Origin: Trichodelitschia bisporula
Taxonomy: Eukaryota
Direction of reading: 5' to 3'
Assembly: GCA_010356995.1 (NCBI GenBank)
Contig: ML996687.1
Span: forward strand, 1,303,803-1,367,802
Length of the DNA stretch: 64,000 nucleotides
Within the stretch, counting starts at the first letter, position 1; each line of letters begins with the position of its first letter. The translations under genes and the position numbers were made by a program. The notes below the pieces were generated by a model. The model made no database searches and was not told where the DNA came from. It was given only the letters and a program-made list of their open reading frames with translations. Positions 25,166-37,158 of the stretch are shown here, piece after piece.

Positions 25166-26725
25166 AGGAGGTTAATGACGTACGAAGCTTGTGTTTACCA
25201 TAGAACTTGCAGCTTACGCATTTATGATGTTCGAGGTCCAGTATTTCATTAGGCGCGCAACGTTGAAGGATCCGTCGGAGTTGATGTGATGGGTGGGGAG
25301 GGGTGAGTGCAGATGTAGACTGCGACGAACTTTGACGAATGTATATTGTATACGTAGTAATGCTTTCTCGGTGTGCTACTCCCTCTTTACTTACCGTTGG
25401 AAGGAGCATATCACGCTTTGGAAGGAACATGTCAACGGAAGGCGCACATGACGATGTTACAATCATGTGATGGAACCATGGAGAAAAGTGATCCGATGTA
25501 GTCACATGATGTTGTAGATTAGTCATCAGCACACTGGTGTTACTGTAGGAAGTGGGAAATCTGCCACTTCCTAGCCTCAAGCAATCACTCACCACGATTA
25601 TCTCACCACGTTGCAGCGTTCTGCAGGGACTTGGTAACCCAATTTTCACAGGACGACATATTCGCACGATGGAGGCAGGCACATGTTGACGTGGTCATGG
25701 CGGAAGAAAGGAGCATCGGAGGATACCGTGCATATATTCTTGAGCGTCACTCCACTCCCTTCACTTCTCTGTCTCTTTCCAACTCTTCACTTCACACCGT
25801 TCCTGGTAGCCTTTTGCGCGTATCAAGCCTATGGTTCCATCAGTTCATTCCTCGGGCACGACATGCTTCGCTCATTGCATGGGGAATATATCTCGGCTGG
25901 GGCTTAGACTGCTGCGCCTGCGTGCCGCTGCGCAAAAATGGCCCGTTAACGCGGGGGTCCGAAGTTCGAAAGCATGGTGCCTTCGGTGGCTTGGTGGCGC
26001 ACTTGCATGATGCGGTGGCTAAGAATTCCCCAGCCTTTGGCGGGTCCCCTAGGGTTTGAACAGCGTGCGAGTACATCCGTGGGTCCTTTTGTGCCGTCTG
26101 AGAGACCTGGGTCACTGATTTATATAAGAAAATAAGGTGTAAAACATGAGGCTCGTTATGTGAGTCTTAGAACTAGATACCCATTCCACGTTGCAGCCTC
26201 CGGGACGCACCAAAGGCTGGGAATGGTTAGCGTAGCCTTACGGTACGGGACGCAAGTGCGCCACTAACCCAAGCTAGGGTGACCCGGCCTCTTCCTCCAG
26301 CAACAACTGGACCTAGAGCGTCTCCCAGTCAGTTTGAGATTGCAGTGCATGTGAGCTGAATACATGGGAGCTGTATGCACGCCAGGTAGTCTGTTTTGCG
26401 TCCAGAACGATGCCACTGATGCCTACGAAGTACCCGACCTCTCCGGCATGTCTTGAGTAACACAGTGGTGCTAGGCCCCGTTGGCGTCTATTCGTCAGCC
26501 TCGTTCACTGCCCGCGGGCTATTCTAGCAGCGATATCCGTGTTGCAGCGGGTCTTTTGCCCGAACGTGCATGATATATGATGGCCTCTTGCCCCGACTTG
26601 CTCACCTCGTCTCGCTTACATCTGCCTCACTCTCGGAGCCTGGAGTTCGATCCATATTCGGCTACCCGTCTCTTCTCGGTCAAAACTTACTGGCAGTACC
26701 GCCTTAGTCCTTTACCTCCCCTTCA

Positions 26726-27686
26726 ATGTTGATCATACCCCTTCTCCTCGCCCTCCTCTTCGCCCTTTCCACTGCGGCCTCTTCCCGCTGCTGGGCTCCC
26801 GATGGCAAAACCGTACCCGCCCTAGATGTGCCCTGCAATAACGACGGTAACTCGACGTGTTGTGGGCAAGGTTGGGCATGCCTATCAAACAACATCTGTA
26901 TGTGGACGCCGAGCGTACAGGACAAGGTCACAAACCACTATGGGCGCGGCAGCTGCACGGATCCTACCTGGACCGATCCCAACTGCCCGAAATTCTGCGT
27001 ATCCCTCTCTGCGGGTGACAATATACCCGGTGCGGAAGCTATGGCGCGCTGTCCGCACGTCGACAACACGTTCTACTGCCTGAACGACAATCAAGCCAAC
27101 GTCAACTGCGAACGACAGGATGGTGTACTGACATTTCCCGGTAAGTCCCCCTCACATAGGGGTGCACAAAACCTAACCTCCTCCAGGTACATTCTCAATT
27201 GTAACCGTCATCGGAGCCTCAACCATGTCCCCCTCCTCGAACACCAACACTAGCGACCCCACCTCATTCCGCGTATCCCCCAATCCAACCACCACCCTAT
27301 CGTCCCCGTCTGCCGCGTCCACCTCCACACCCGACCCTAAAATCGAAGTCCTCCGCTCACGCACCATTGGCCTCGCCGTCGGCATCCCGCTCGGCTTCCT
27401 CGCCCTCGCCGGCGCAGCTTACCTATTCTACCGCGAGCGCCGGCTCAGGTCAATCCGCTCCAGCGCCTCCCTCGGTAATGCCACAGATCCGATGCGCACC
27501 AGTACCCCGGCCGCCCCCGTGCCATACAATCCGCATAGGTACGGCGACGGCCCGGGTCCGGCGCCGATGTGGGGCCCGGGAGTGCCCCACAGCGAGAGCG
27601 GGCTGTCGGTCGCCCCGCAGTATTCGCAGGCTGAGGTGCTTAGAGAGTTGCCGGCTGAGAAAACGGAACCGTCGGAGATGGGGTAA
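26726..27686 (+). CDS. Cys-rich ectodomain, Ser/Thr stalk, single-TM protein (Mid2-like sensor/receptor family)
   Basis: Signal peptide; CWAPDG..PC..CC..ACLSNNIC..RGSCTDPTWTDPNCPKFC; intron 27141..27186; TM IGLAVGIPLGFLALAGAAYLFY; tail ELPA..SEM. Confidence 0.9.
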
Positions 27687-28472
27687 GGGGCGAACACGGG
27701 GCAGTGTAGATGTAGACTGCGACAGATTTAACGAGTATACATATCACATAGCTCTCATGGTGTTGTAGTTCGCCCTCAGGGAAGGCCTAGACAGAACCCC
27801 GGACATATTGGCGCCAGGAGCCCTTGTAGCGGAGTCCCGAATCGAGACTCCCCCACGCTCCTCTCCCGACCGAGCAAATTTCCCCTCGGGCAGCGATCAA
27901 CCCGCTGCCTGAACCCCACGCCTCGGAACTCTCAACAGACACTGGCGTTTTCGGTTAGCTCCGGGTGGAAAAAAACGTTCCGTCCACTCGGCCCTTCCAA
28001 TCGCCAAGTATTTATAGTTGGCCCCTGTCCCTTGACGTCGGCGCTGCCTTGCCCTTGCCCTGTCCTGTTCCAACCTGATCGACGAAATACTCCGAGGAGC
28101 AAGGGCTTCAGGAACACGAAGTCGCTAGCGACATGATCTGTTCTGGTACTCACCCATTGAAGCTTGTTTTTCCTTCCATATCAGGATACTGGGAGGGAGT
28201 TGAACAGAGTCTAGATCGCAGTCTGATCGTCCCGTACCCGAGCCATGGAGGGGTGGCATGGACACAAAAAAGTTGAATCAGAGGCTCGGAACAATGTGCC
28301 AGAGACAGTGCAAAATTCGGGCTTGGAGGCAGACAATGGCACCTCATGAAGCGCGATCTCAAACCCTTAGGTACAGCTACTCGTGCCGCTCCCTGTGCGC
28401 CGTGATGATATCCTAATATACAAATGTCTCCGCCACGGGCACAACTATAGCCCGCCAACCCCTCCGAAAGTC

Positions 28473-29165
28473 CTACGGCCTCCCCTTCTCACATCTCCGC
28501 CAATCCATTACCATGCGCAACGCCAACGGCCCGCCCCGCGCATTCGCATTCCCCAGTTCCCCAACGGCCGGCACGCCAGGTTGCGTCGACTGCAGTGCAA
28601 CGTTCCAGTCGACGCTCAACTGGTCCTCCTCGCCGCACTTCGACCACACCATGCGATCCGGCTCGATCGTCGTGTGTTGGCGCCACTCGCCCTCGGTCGG
28701 GCCGTTGATGGACCATCTGTACCGCCGCTGCACCGCGAACAGAAGCCATTAGCCTAGCCTTGTCAAAAGGCTTGCTGAAACCCTTACCTGCTGATTCCCG
28801 CCCGTAAAGCCGTAGCTCAGTTGTACCAGCGCGATGGATGAGTCGCTCAGGTCGACGTGCCCGAGCCAGTTTATCTCGCTCACGGCGTGCTGCCACGCGA
28901 CGTCGTAGTCAACGGCGACTTCGGCCTTGCATGTCTTTGGGCCGGTGACGTGGCCGATTTTGAAGGTGACGGTTTGGGTCATCGCTTGCCCGTCCATGAT
29001 GACGCTCTTCTCGATCTCGGGGCATGTGTCGATGATCTGGCGTCGAAGTATCCGCGGCGCATCATTGCTGGAAGCTGTCCTTGAAGATAAGGCGGGGAGA
29101 GCGGCGGCGGCCGCGAGCGCGGCGAGCAGCGGCACCAGGCGCAAAAAAGAGAGGAGGGCGATCAT
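28473..29165 (-). CDS. Secreted DUF4360-like protein
   Basis: Signal peptide; TCP..KTC...VDY...WQ.AV..I.W.G..L; intron 28728..28787; VWSKCG and a terminal W..C pattern typical of DUF4360. Confidence 0.75.
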
Positions 29166-31169
29166 GGCCTGCGCGCGCGGAGTGAGGGGTGAGTAAAGAC
29201 GGACAGGTTAATTAAAGGGAGTTGATGGGGACGGGAAGTGGGGGAACGAGAAGACGAAGGGTGGGGTTTGTTGTGGTATATGGGTCGTGCAAAATACTGC
29301 GTGCTCGGTCCGCTGGGATTGTTATACCTAATGACGCCGACCGCTGAGGCAGGTAGCCTCGCGCGGGGCGTAGTATATTTAGCCCGAGTGTGTGGCTTGA
29401 GGAGAGCCGAAGGTGGGCACTGGGAGAGCCGCGGGACGAGATGAGTCCTTTCGCCTGCCTTATCGCGGAGTGCGATGAGTGGAATGAGGAGGTCGAGAAG
29501 GTTTCGGCGAGAAGATGCGTGTGACGTCTTTTTCGCCTGCCTCAAGAGATACAGTCTTTCCGCCAAAGGTGCGTGCGGACTTGGCTGTCTTGCGGCCATC
29601 ATCTTCGCACCGAAGGAGCAGTTGCCGTGGCCCATTTACACGTGGTGGCGCATGGAGTATCTAGGAACGGCAGAGGAACGATGGTCGAAAGCACAAAAGA
29701 AGTTACCAGGGGATGTACAAGGCTGGGCATTAATCTATACGATCCAACCGGATAGGAAAGCGGCGATTAATCGGACTACCGTATAGGGCTTTGAACGGGT
29801 GCCCATGTCCAGGACGGTTCTTGCCTCTTCGCCTTCCCTGTCTGACAGCGGTCAGCCCTAGCGGTGTCGTCAGTGGCCTGGCCGTTGGAGAAGGATTCAG
29901 AAGGCCCAGAAAAATGAAGGGGTGAAAATAGGATTTCGAGCTGCTTCTTATGCTTCACACTATGCCACCTCCCCGCTACAGTCATCCAGCCCAAAAATAT
30001 CGCGGCGCAAAGAAAGTGAAGCTGGAGCCGAAAATTCGTCTAGCGTCGCCTTATCGTTAATTCTCGCGCGGCTCCCCGGACATATACCAGTTAATTTTCC
30101 AGCCGTTGGCGCAAGGGGCAACTAGGCCAAAGAGAGAGCGAGAATAGGCGGACTTGTAACGGCATTGGCGAAGAGCCATCCGTATCGGTCCGCCCAGAGG
30201 CGTCATAGATGAAGGCCGGAAACCATCTCTTGGGTATAAGATTGCATACGTACGCCCTCCATCACCTAGTCTGTGGTGTGGAGGCATCTTCGTTGGTTTC
30301 TGGGCGGTAGAAAGCCGCGGCTTGAGGTACTTGAGCGGGTGTCGTAAGGCGCAGATGTACATAGGGCTGGTGTGATTTACAGTATCATGGTGTGGCGTTT
30401 CAGCCGAGAAGACCGAGCGTGCGTCCTTTCAGGATGCGTAAGCAAATGCCTCTGTAGCGTGTGGATGATACCGTTCTTGCTGGTGTCCACGGAAGTGGAG
30501 TTGGAGTGCAAAGAGGAGTTGACCGTCCGGTGTGGGGAACTTGTCGTTGTCGTTCCGGGCTTGTGATACGTAATCCCAAGAATACAAGACCGCTCACGCA
30601 GCACAAACCGAGTATGGCCGTCTTGAAGTGCAGGCGTCATGTTTTGGATGCAGTGAACAATGCCATGGCGATGTGATGTGGAGGTGGCGTTGCGGACCGT
30701 GGCTCCGAAGACATCTCGTACGTCAACATGCGCACTTAATCTCATCTTAGCACAACGTCCATCAAACAACCGTTCCTACCATCTTGAGCCGCTATGATTT
30801 GATTTGCTTCTGTGATATTCCAATCTTGTGCCAGAGAAGGACCGATGGCAGTGAATGACGTCCGAGGAAGCGGCTGACTGATTGAAGCCTTGAGTCTCGC
30901 CTTCTATTCCGAGCGCGCAGTTGCAATGGATGAATCGTGCTAAGCATTGAAGCACCGAAATCCTTCCGCGGGATGCCATCCCTTGTTGTTCTCTCCGATC
31001 GATTTGTGGGGCTGGCATTCCACATGCCCCGTCGTCAGAGCCCGGGATGAAGCGAACCTCGCAAGAAAAAAAGCAACGACAACGTCCGAGTCTTCGGCAG
31101 CACAACCATCCCAACTGCAAAAAACTGCAAAATGCAAGGAGGAATCAGTCCAGGAAATGCCGAACAAAA

Positions 31170-31263
31170 AGCTGAGGGCGGGGCTCGAACCCGCGACCTT
31201 GAGGTTACCAAGACAACATGTTGTCCTAAAAGCCACACGCTCTTCCGATTGAGCTACCCCAGC
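31170..31263 (-). tRNA. tRNA-Lys (TTT) with 21-nt intron
   Basis: Reverse complement GCTGGGGTAGCTCAATCGGAAGAGCGTGTGGCT-TTT-A|ggacaacatgttgtcttggta|ACCTCAAGGTCGCGGGTTCGAGCCCCGCCCTCAGCT, followed by a T-run. Confidence 0.92.
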
Positions 31264-32634
31264 TGTAGATGCCAAAATTTGCTGACGCTTAACTGATAAT
31301 GAATCAAACTTTTTATCAGTGCTCTACGCAACTCACTTCAGCCAAAAACTCTCCCACCAGATCCGAAGGCGTATAGGAACATTTCCCACTTGTTATAGAA
31401 CATAAACCTTACACGAGGCTGACGACGGAGCGGGAGTGACGAATCTGTCCGCCTCTCCCGGCACCTCATACAAGTTCCTTCCCATTGCTATAAGGCTGCG
31501 TTTTCTGGCACTCGTCTCGGCTACTATCACCACCAGCAAGACCTCTTTTTTGGGTCTCTAGTATCTCAGGACTGTTAAGAGAGGTATGAAGCAATTAATA
31601 GGATTCTGGTCCCGGTGATGTCTGACTGTGGAAGTCAAGAACATACCGCGCTGGCCGGCTATTGCAATCGATTGTCTTCCAAAAAGCCGGCCACTGGCTT
31701 AACAGAAATCGCCTCGAGAACAAAGACACAGACAGCTATCACGCTTACTCCTGCGGCAATCCGCCGCTTTGCTCAAGTATACCGGATCTCTGGCCGACGC
31801 ATCGGATTGGAAACCGAGTCTCCAGTCACATTGCCGCTAATATCGGGAATGCGGACCCGTCTAAGCGGTCTATGGCTCAGGATAGGATATATACCATTGC
31901 AGCTCGAGCTTGTGCCGTCAGTTTTGAATCTTCCCCGCACTTTTGACTTCAATATCGTCCAGGGTAGTCAATATCCCGGGCCTCGCTGCATCCTTCCTCA
32001 ATATCTGTGTCCAGGCCGCCCGCTCCACTTAGACAGTGCCATCCAACGTACGAAAGAAACAATCAGCACTTATTGGTCTAGAAGCCTTTCTACTGGATGC
32101 TTTCAGTCAACGTAGAGTTCGCCGGGTGCGATGTGACGGCACATGGCCAGACTCGCCCTGCATACTCCGTTTAAGCTCTCGTGAGCAGGGCTTAGCCTCG
32201 CAGATCTTTCTTATAGGACACCAGACCCCGAGGCTATTATGTCCATCTTTCGCATGATTCGCCTTCCCCAGATAGTTCGCATCTATCATCCCACTAGGGC
32301 TACCCAAAACAGACGATTAGCTTTCTGCAAATAAGCACCCGGCCTCAAGCTAACCCATAGGCTTCAGGCATTTTTCGTACAGTGGAGACCACGCATTATA
32401 TCCCCGTGTTATATGCTTCCCGCCATTTTGCTCGTCGACAGCCACATGTGCCTCGTATAAACAGCGCTACCCCCCCTCCTGGCTTCTCTTCAACCTGAGA
32501 TGCAAAAGACGCCCATTTCAGGTCCCAGTCGCATCGTGGCATAAAACCTAGCGTACACCACTGTCAAAGCTCACGACACCAGCTTTACTCACCGCACCAC
32601 ACTCCTTACCTAACATCACTCATTAACAAGCAAA

Positions 32635-33034
32635 ATGCAACTCACTACCCTCCTCACCCTCCTCACCCTCAGGTACCTCTTTCTCCCTTCACTTAACCAA
32701 GCTAATCCCCAGCGCCCTAACAACCGCGAACCCCCAGGCCCCCCAGCTCCCCAAAGCCGGCAGCGGACTGTCAAAAGGCGGCCTCGGCGGCCTGGCCAAA
32801 GGTGAGCTGGGCCAGGGCACCGGCGGGCTGGGAGGACTGGCCCAGGGCGGTACCGGCGGACTACCCAAGGCTGATGCACTCGGACAGACCCCGGGAGGAC
32901 TGACCAAGGGCGGTGCCGGCGGACTACCTAAGGCTAATGTGCCGAAGGCTGGTGGTGGGTTCCCTGGCGGCGGGTTTCCGGCGAAGACTAGTGGTGGTGC
33001 CAGTGGAGGTGCGGCTGGCGCGGGTACGTCGTAA
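32635..33034 (+). CDS. Small secreted Gly-rich protein (~119 aa), absent from the ORF track
   Basis: TATAAAA at ~32456 and a CAAAATG start. MQLTTLLTLLTLS|ALTTANPQ is split by a 40-nt intron 32673..32712 (GTACCT..GCTAAT..CAG). Then GGL(P/A/T)K-type repeats to TAA 33032-33034. Confidence 0.8.
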
Positions 33035-33424
33035 CGCTTACGCCTGCTTGCTGAGCGGCGCGGGGTTGGGTTTTGCTGACTGTAATAGGTGGGATGGTTG
33101 GTGCGGCGGGTATGGCCAGTCATGGGCATAGTTAAAGGGAAGAGGTGGAGGGGTAAAAACGATGGAGTTTTGATCCTGTGATGGCTTAGTGCTGGCTCGA
33201 AAGAGATTGAGAGTGAAAATCTCTTTCATCTCTGGTTGCATACCTTCGAATGGACATACCTTCCGCCTAAGATCTTCGCATTTCTGTCGCCATTCGAGAA
33301 TCGATGCATAAGCTTTCATTAGTTCACTCTCGCCACACAGTGTGCCTACAGTCAGGCCAAATCAGGTTATGATAAGATCTTGCCCTCGTACGCCGTGCAA
33401 TGAACCAGAGCTACCATACACCCC

Positions 33425-34252
33425 CTAATCCTGCTTCAGCGGGATAAGCACCTCCTGAATCCCATCCACCGTTATCGTCATCATCTGCAGTCCATCACCA
33501 ACCTCAATATGCCTCTCAACCGCGCTTGAGAACGCATCCCGCACCAGCGTCTCCACATGCTGCTGCGGCAGCGGAACCGCCTGACGAGCCTGCAGATCCA
33601 ACCCGCTGCCACTCCCAGGCACATACTGATTCTTGTAGTTGACCTGATTGTCCAGGAATGGCGTGATAAGACTCGCCGCCGCGCCTGCCGCCTTGCACTG
33701 CTCACGCTCGTAGCTCCCAACCGGATCATACGAGTACAACGCCCCCGCACCCTTCTCATCAATCCCGCCCAGCAGCGCCTGGACATAATATGGGAAGAAC
33801 CGCTTCCCGTAAAGGATATGGCTGAGGCGCTGTGCGCACGCCGCGACGCTCATGTCCTTCCCATGCTGGTACTTGTACATCTTGACAATGGTGTCGAGGC
33901 GCTCGGCGAGGGCGTGGCCATCGGCCGCAAAGCCAACGACGGAGAGTACGATGCGCGCGCTTTTGTGCTCTGTCCCTGTGCCGCCGATGAGGAAGAGCTT
34001 GGGCGCGTACCGCGTGTTGATACTGTAGCCGGAGGTGCTGCGTGTGTCGCCGGCCATGATGGTGAAGGTGGCGCCGGCGATGCCGAGGGTTGAACCGCCG
34101 TTGTCGGTGTACCTGGGGGAGTTAGAGGGGAGGGGAGAAGGGTTGGGGACGTACGGGTAGAAGCTGTGCTCGCGGTTGGCTGAGGCGGCGGTGGGGGCGG
34201 CGGAGAAGGAGTAGCCGGGGTCTTCACGACCCATGTGGATTATGGAGGCCAT
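33425..34252 (-). CDS. PRE7: 20S proteasome subunit beta-6
   Basis: FYP|YTDNGGSTLGIAG, AGDTR, LYGKRFFPYYV, YSYDPVGSYERE and ERHIEVGDGL. A 42-nt intron at 34113..34154 is read through in the ORF track. Confidence 0.96.
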   Translation of the reverse strand: MASIIHMGREDPGYSFSAAPTAASANREHSFYPYVPNPSPLPSNSPRYTDNGGSTLGIAGATFTIMAGDTRSTSGYSINTRYAPKLFLIGGTGTEHKSARIVLSVVGFAADGHALAERLDTIVKMYKYQHGKDMSVAACAQRLSHILYGKRFFPYYVQALLGGIDEKGAGALYSYDPVGSYEREQCKAAGAAASLITPFLDNQVNYKNQYVPGSGSGLDLQARQAVPLPQQHVETLVRDAFSSAVERHIEVGDGLQMMTITVDGIQEVLIPLKQD

Positions 34253-34323
34253 CTTGAACTGTGAAGATTTGGAGGGTGGAGCGGGTGTTGATGTGATGGC
34301 GTGGGTTGTGGAGTGTGGAGTGA

Positions 34324-34384
34324 GGAGCTGGGGTGAGCTGTTGGATGTCGACGTCGTATGCAGTCAGGACGCGAAGCTGGAGCT
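34324..34384. promoter_or_regulatory. Two GGAGCT hexamers in the PRE7/HCNGP divergent promoter (candidate Pezizomycotina proteasome/Rpn4-type element)
   Basis: GGAGCT at 34324-34329 and 34379-34384, plus another at 35624-35629 upstream of PRE4. The motif is short, so chance occurrence is possible. Confidence 0.4.
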
Positions 34385-34498
34385 GCCTGATGATGTGCCA
34401 AGCGATAAGATCATCGCAAGGATGCGGCGCTTCCACCGCCGCGACGAGATTCACTTCCAAACTGGCTACACCATAACATTCCTTTCGCACATCACACG

Positions 34499-35490
34499 AT
34501 GCTTGGTCTTGTCGATTACAACAGTGAGGAGGAAGAGGAGGCTTCTAAATCCGATGTCGAGGTTCGCAGCTGAAATCCGCGCTCCCTTCAGATCGAGATC
34601 TCTACTAATGTACAAGGCTTTAGGCGCACCCATTGAAAGCCTCTCATGATGCCCCTCAGGCTGCTATTGGGAGTACGGACCCCTCGGCGAAAGATAACGA
34701 AGCGCGCAATCTAAAATATGCCATAGAGACCTTTGAAGCGCCGTCCGTTGAAGCGCCGTCTGTCGAAGCTTCAGCAGCATCCGAATCAACCACCGCAACC
34801 ACACTCCCTCTTCAACCTGCGGCAGGCCCCTATCCTCCAGCTGGACCAGAACTAGGCCCATCGCTGCCACAGGCAGAAGAGGACGGGGACGAAGACCCCG
34901 ACACCGTGCCTCTCTCTCCATACTCCGCCTCGCGCCTCGCAACGCGCAACCTCACCATGCCCCCAGTCCCCAACTTCGACATCCCCCCCTCACCACCCGG
35001 GTCCCCACCTCCAACATCAACAAAGAAGTTCGCACGCTTCCTGCAGCTCAAAAAGCAAGGCGTGCATTTCAACGAGAAGCTCGCGAACTCCACAGCGCTG
35101 CGCAACCCGGCGCTTTTGCAGAAGCTGATGGAGTTTGCGGAGATTGATGAGAAAGATCAGTATGCTACTGCGCTGCCTGAGGACCTGGCAGTTCCGACTA
35201 CATTTCCGCCGTGGGCGTATGCGGACCAGTTGGCGGAGACGCAGAAGAAGATTCAGAAGCGGAGGGATGAGGCGAAGAAGAAGGGCGAGCCGGTCGGGTT
35301 TGTATCAGCGACGGCATCGAATGCATCTGGCCGGAGCGGAATGTACATGGGCCAAAAGGGTGCAAGTGCTACGGAGGGAGGCATGGCGGGCTCAAGCAAA
35401 GAGAAGCCAGTTTTAACAGAGTCGGGCAAAAGGGAGGAACCTCGACGAAACCGCTTTCGAAGCCGATCTAAATCTCCTCGTCGGCGATAG
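34499..35490 (+). CDS. HCNGP/SAP30BP-like protein
   Basis: Exon 1 MLGLVDYNSEEEEE, intron 34562..34623, then IPPSPPGSP..KFARFLQLKKQGVHFNEKL..LRNPALLQKLMEFA..FPPWAY. Confidence 0.9.
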
Positions 35491-35778
35491 TATGTAGCAT
35501 CTGTTGCGGGCTAGAAAATAATGTGAAATGTGCATCGCATCCCATCTTTTGCAAGACCGAATATAGTAACCAGCATAGCGCGGCTAACCGCTTCGCTAAT
35601 CGCGCGCTTGGCGCTCGAACCCCGGAGCTTGCGTCGCGTCAAGCTGCAACCTAGATCCAGCGACACAGCTTCCCAGCACCCGACGTCAACACCCCCGAAC
35701 CTCCCGCATCACATCAATCTTCCCCTTTCCACTACCGTCCAACCTCACACCCCATCGTCAATCCTCCCACCCGCAACC

Positions 35779-36670
35779 ATGAACCACTTCCCCGAAGCCT
35801 GGGGCCGTGTAAGCCCGCCCTCCCCCGGCCCTACCTCAGCCTAAGCTAACACCCCACAGCCCAGAGACGACGTCTACGGGGCCTACAACGGCGCGCACCT
35901 TGCATCCGGAATGCCGAACCAGCACACGCAGTCGCCCATCGTGACGGGGACTTCGGTTGTAGGCATCAAGTTCAAAGACGGCGTCGTCATCGCCGCCGAC
36001 AACCTAGGTAAGCCCTCCTCTCCTCCCAAGACCCTCATACCCTAACCCCCCTTCCCCCACAGCCTCCTACGGCTCCCTCGCGCGCTTCACGGACGTCAAG
36101 CGCCTGCACCGCTTCAACTCCAAATCCGTCCTCGGCTTCGGCGGCGACGTGTCCGACATGCAGTACCTCGACCGCCTCCTGACCTCGCTCGACATCCGCG
36201 AGAACTACCACAGCGCGGACGACGCGGCGCTCTCCGCGAAGAACCTGCACACCTACCTCAGCAAAGTGATGTACAAGCGGCGGTCTGACTTCAACCCCTT
36301 GTGGAACCACATTCTCGTGGCCGGGCTGGACACAGAAGAGAAGCCATTCCTCGCCAGCGTGGATCTGCTGGGCACGACGTTCTCGTCGCCGAGTTTGGCG
36401 ACTGGTTACGGCGCCCATCTCGCGCAGCCGATCATGCGCAAGCTCGTGCCGGATGAGGAGGCGGCGGCCCGGCTGGGGAAGGAGGAGGCGATTCAGGCGA
36501 TCAAGGATTGCATGAAGGTGCTGTTCTATCGGGATGCGCGGAGTATGGATCGGTACAGCATTGCGGTTATCACGAAGGAGGGTGTGGATCTGAACGAGGA
36601 TGTGAAGCTGGAGAATCAGAGCTGGGCGTTTGCGGATCGGATCCGGGGGTATGGGACGCAGGTTAATTGA
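35779..36670 (+). CDS. PRE4: 20S proteasome subunit beta-7
   Basis: [61 protein letters not shown] and GYGTQ. Introns 35809..35859 and 36008..36062. Confidence 0.96.
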
Positions 36671-36939
36671 GGACGGGGTGGGCCTTAGGTGAGCGGTAAA
36701 GCATGTTCATAGTGGTTCGAATGAATGTGTTGGTTTGAGTTATTGCAGATAGTGCTCATTGTGCTAATCATCGTGAATTCGTGCATTGAGGCAAGTAGCT
36801 CCCTTACCGCCGTGCAGCTCGCTGATAGTGAACGCAGATGTGGCGGCTTTCACCTCTCGTCTGATATCGGTTGAGACACGACCGTGCCATCTCAACGGAC
36901 CGAATGCCTCAGGCCAAACGCCGTCGACAAAGGTCGCTC

Positions 36940-36949
36940 GTTCGAATCC
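36940..36949 (+). promoter_or_regulatory. Pol III B box (GTTCGAATCC) about 105 nt downstream of U6
   Basis: Matches the B-box consensus GTTCRANNC. Its position matches the downstream extragenic B block known for fungal U6 genes. Confidence 0.65.
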
Positions 36950-37055
36950 CGCCACCAGGCCTACCTTTACGGCGTCTAAAAAGCGAAAAAGAGGATCCAT
37001 CTAAAAGCTCCCGATGCCAGGATTCCAACGGCACCAAAATCATGAAAATGGACAA

Positions 37056-37158
37056 AAAAATGGGTAGCTTCTCTTTGATTGAGCGTGTCATCCTTAGTGC
37101 AGGGGCCATGCTAATCTTCTCTGTATCGTTTCAAATTGACCAAATGCCCGAAGGCATC
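37056..37158 (-). ncRNA. SNR6: U6 spliceosomal snRNA
   Basis: Reverse complement GATGCCTTCGGGCATTTGGTCAATTTGAAACGATACAGAGAAGATTAGCATGGCCCCTGCACTAAGGATGACACGCTC..CATTTTTTT. It shows the 5' UUCG hairpin, A box, ACAGAGA box, AGC triad, ISL and a T7 terminator. Ends are approximate. Confidence 0.97.

Noticed and set aside
32689..33129. Minus-strand Pro-rich ORF
   Set aside because: It is the shadow of the spliced Gly-rich secreted gene on the + strand.
36929..36960. Complete tRNA gene
   Set aside because: There is no D arm or matching 5' acceptor strand, and the T stem is mismatched. It is kept only as a B box.
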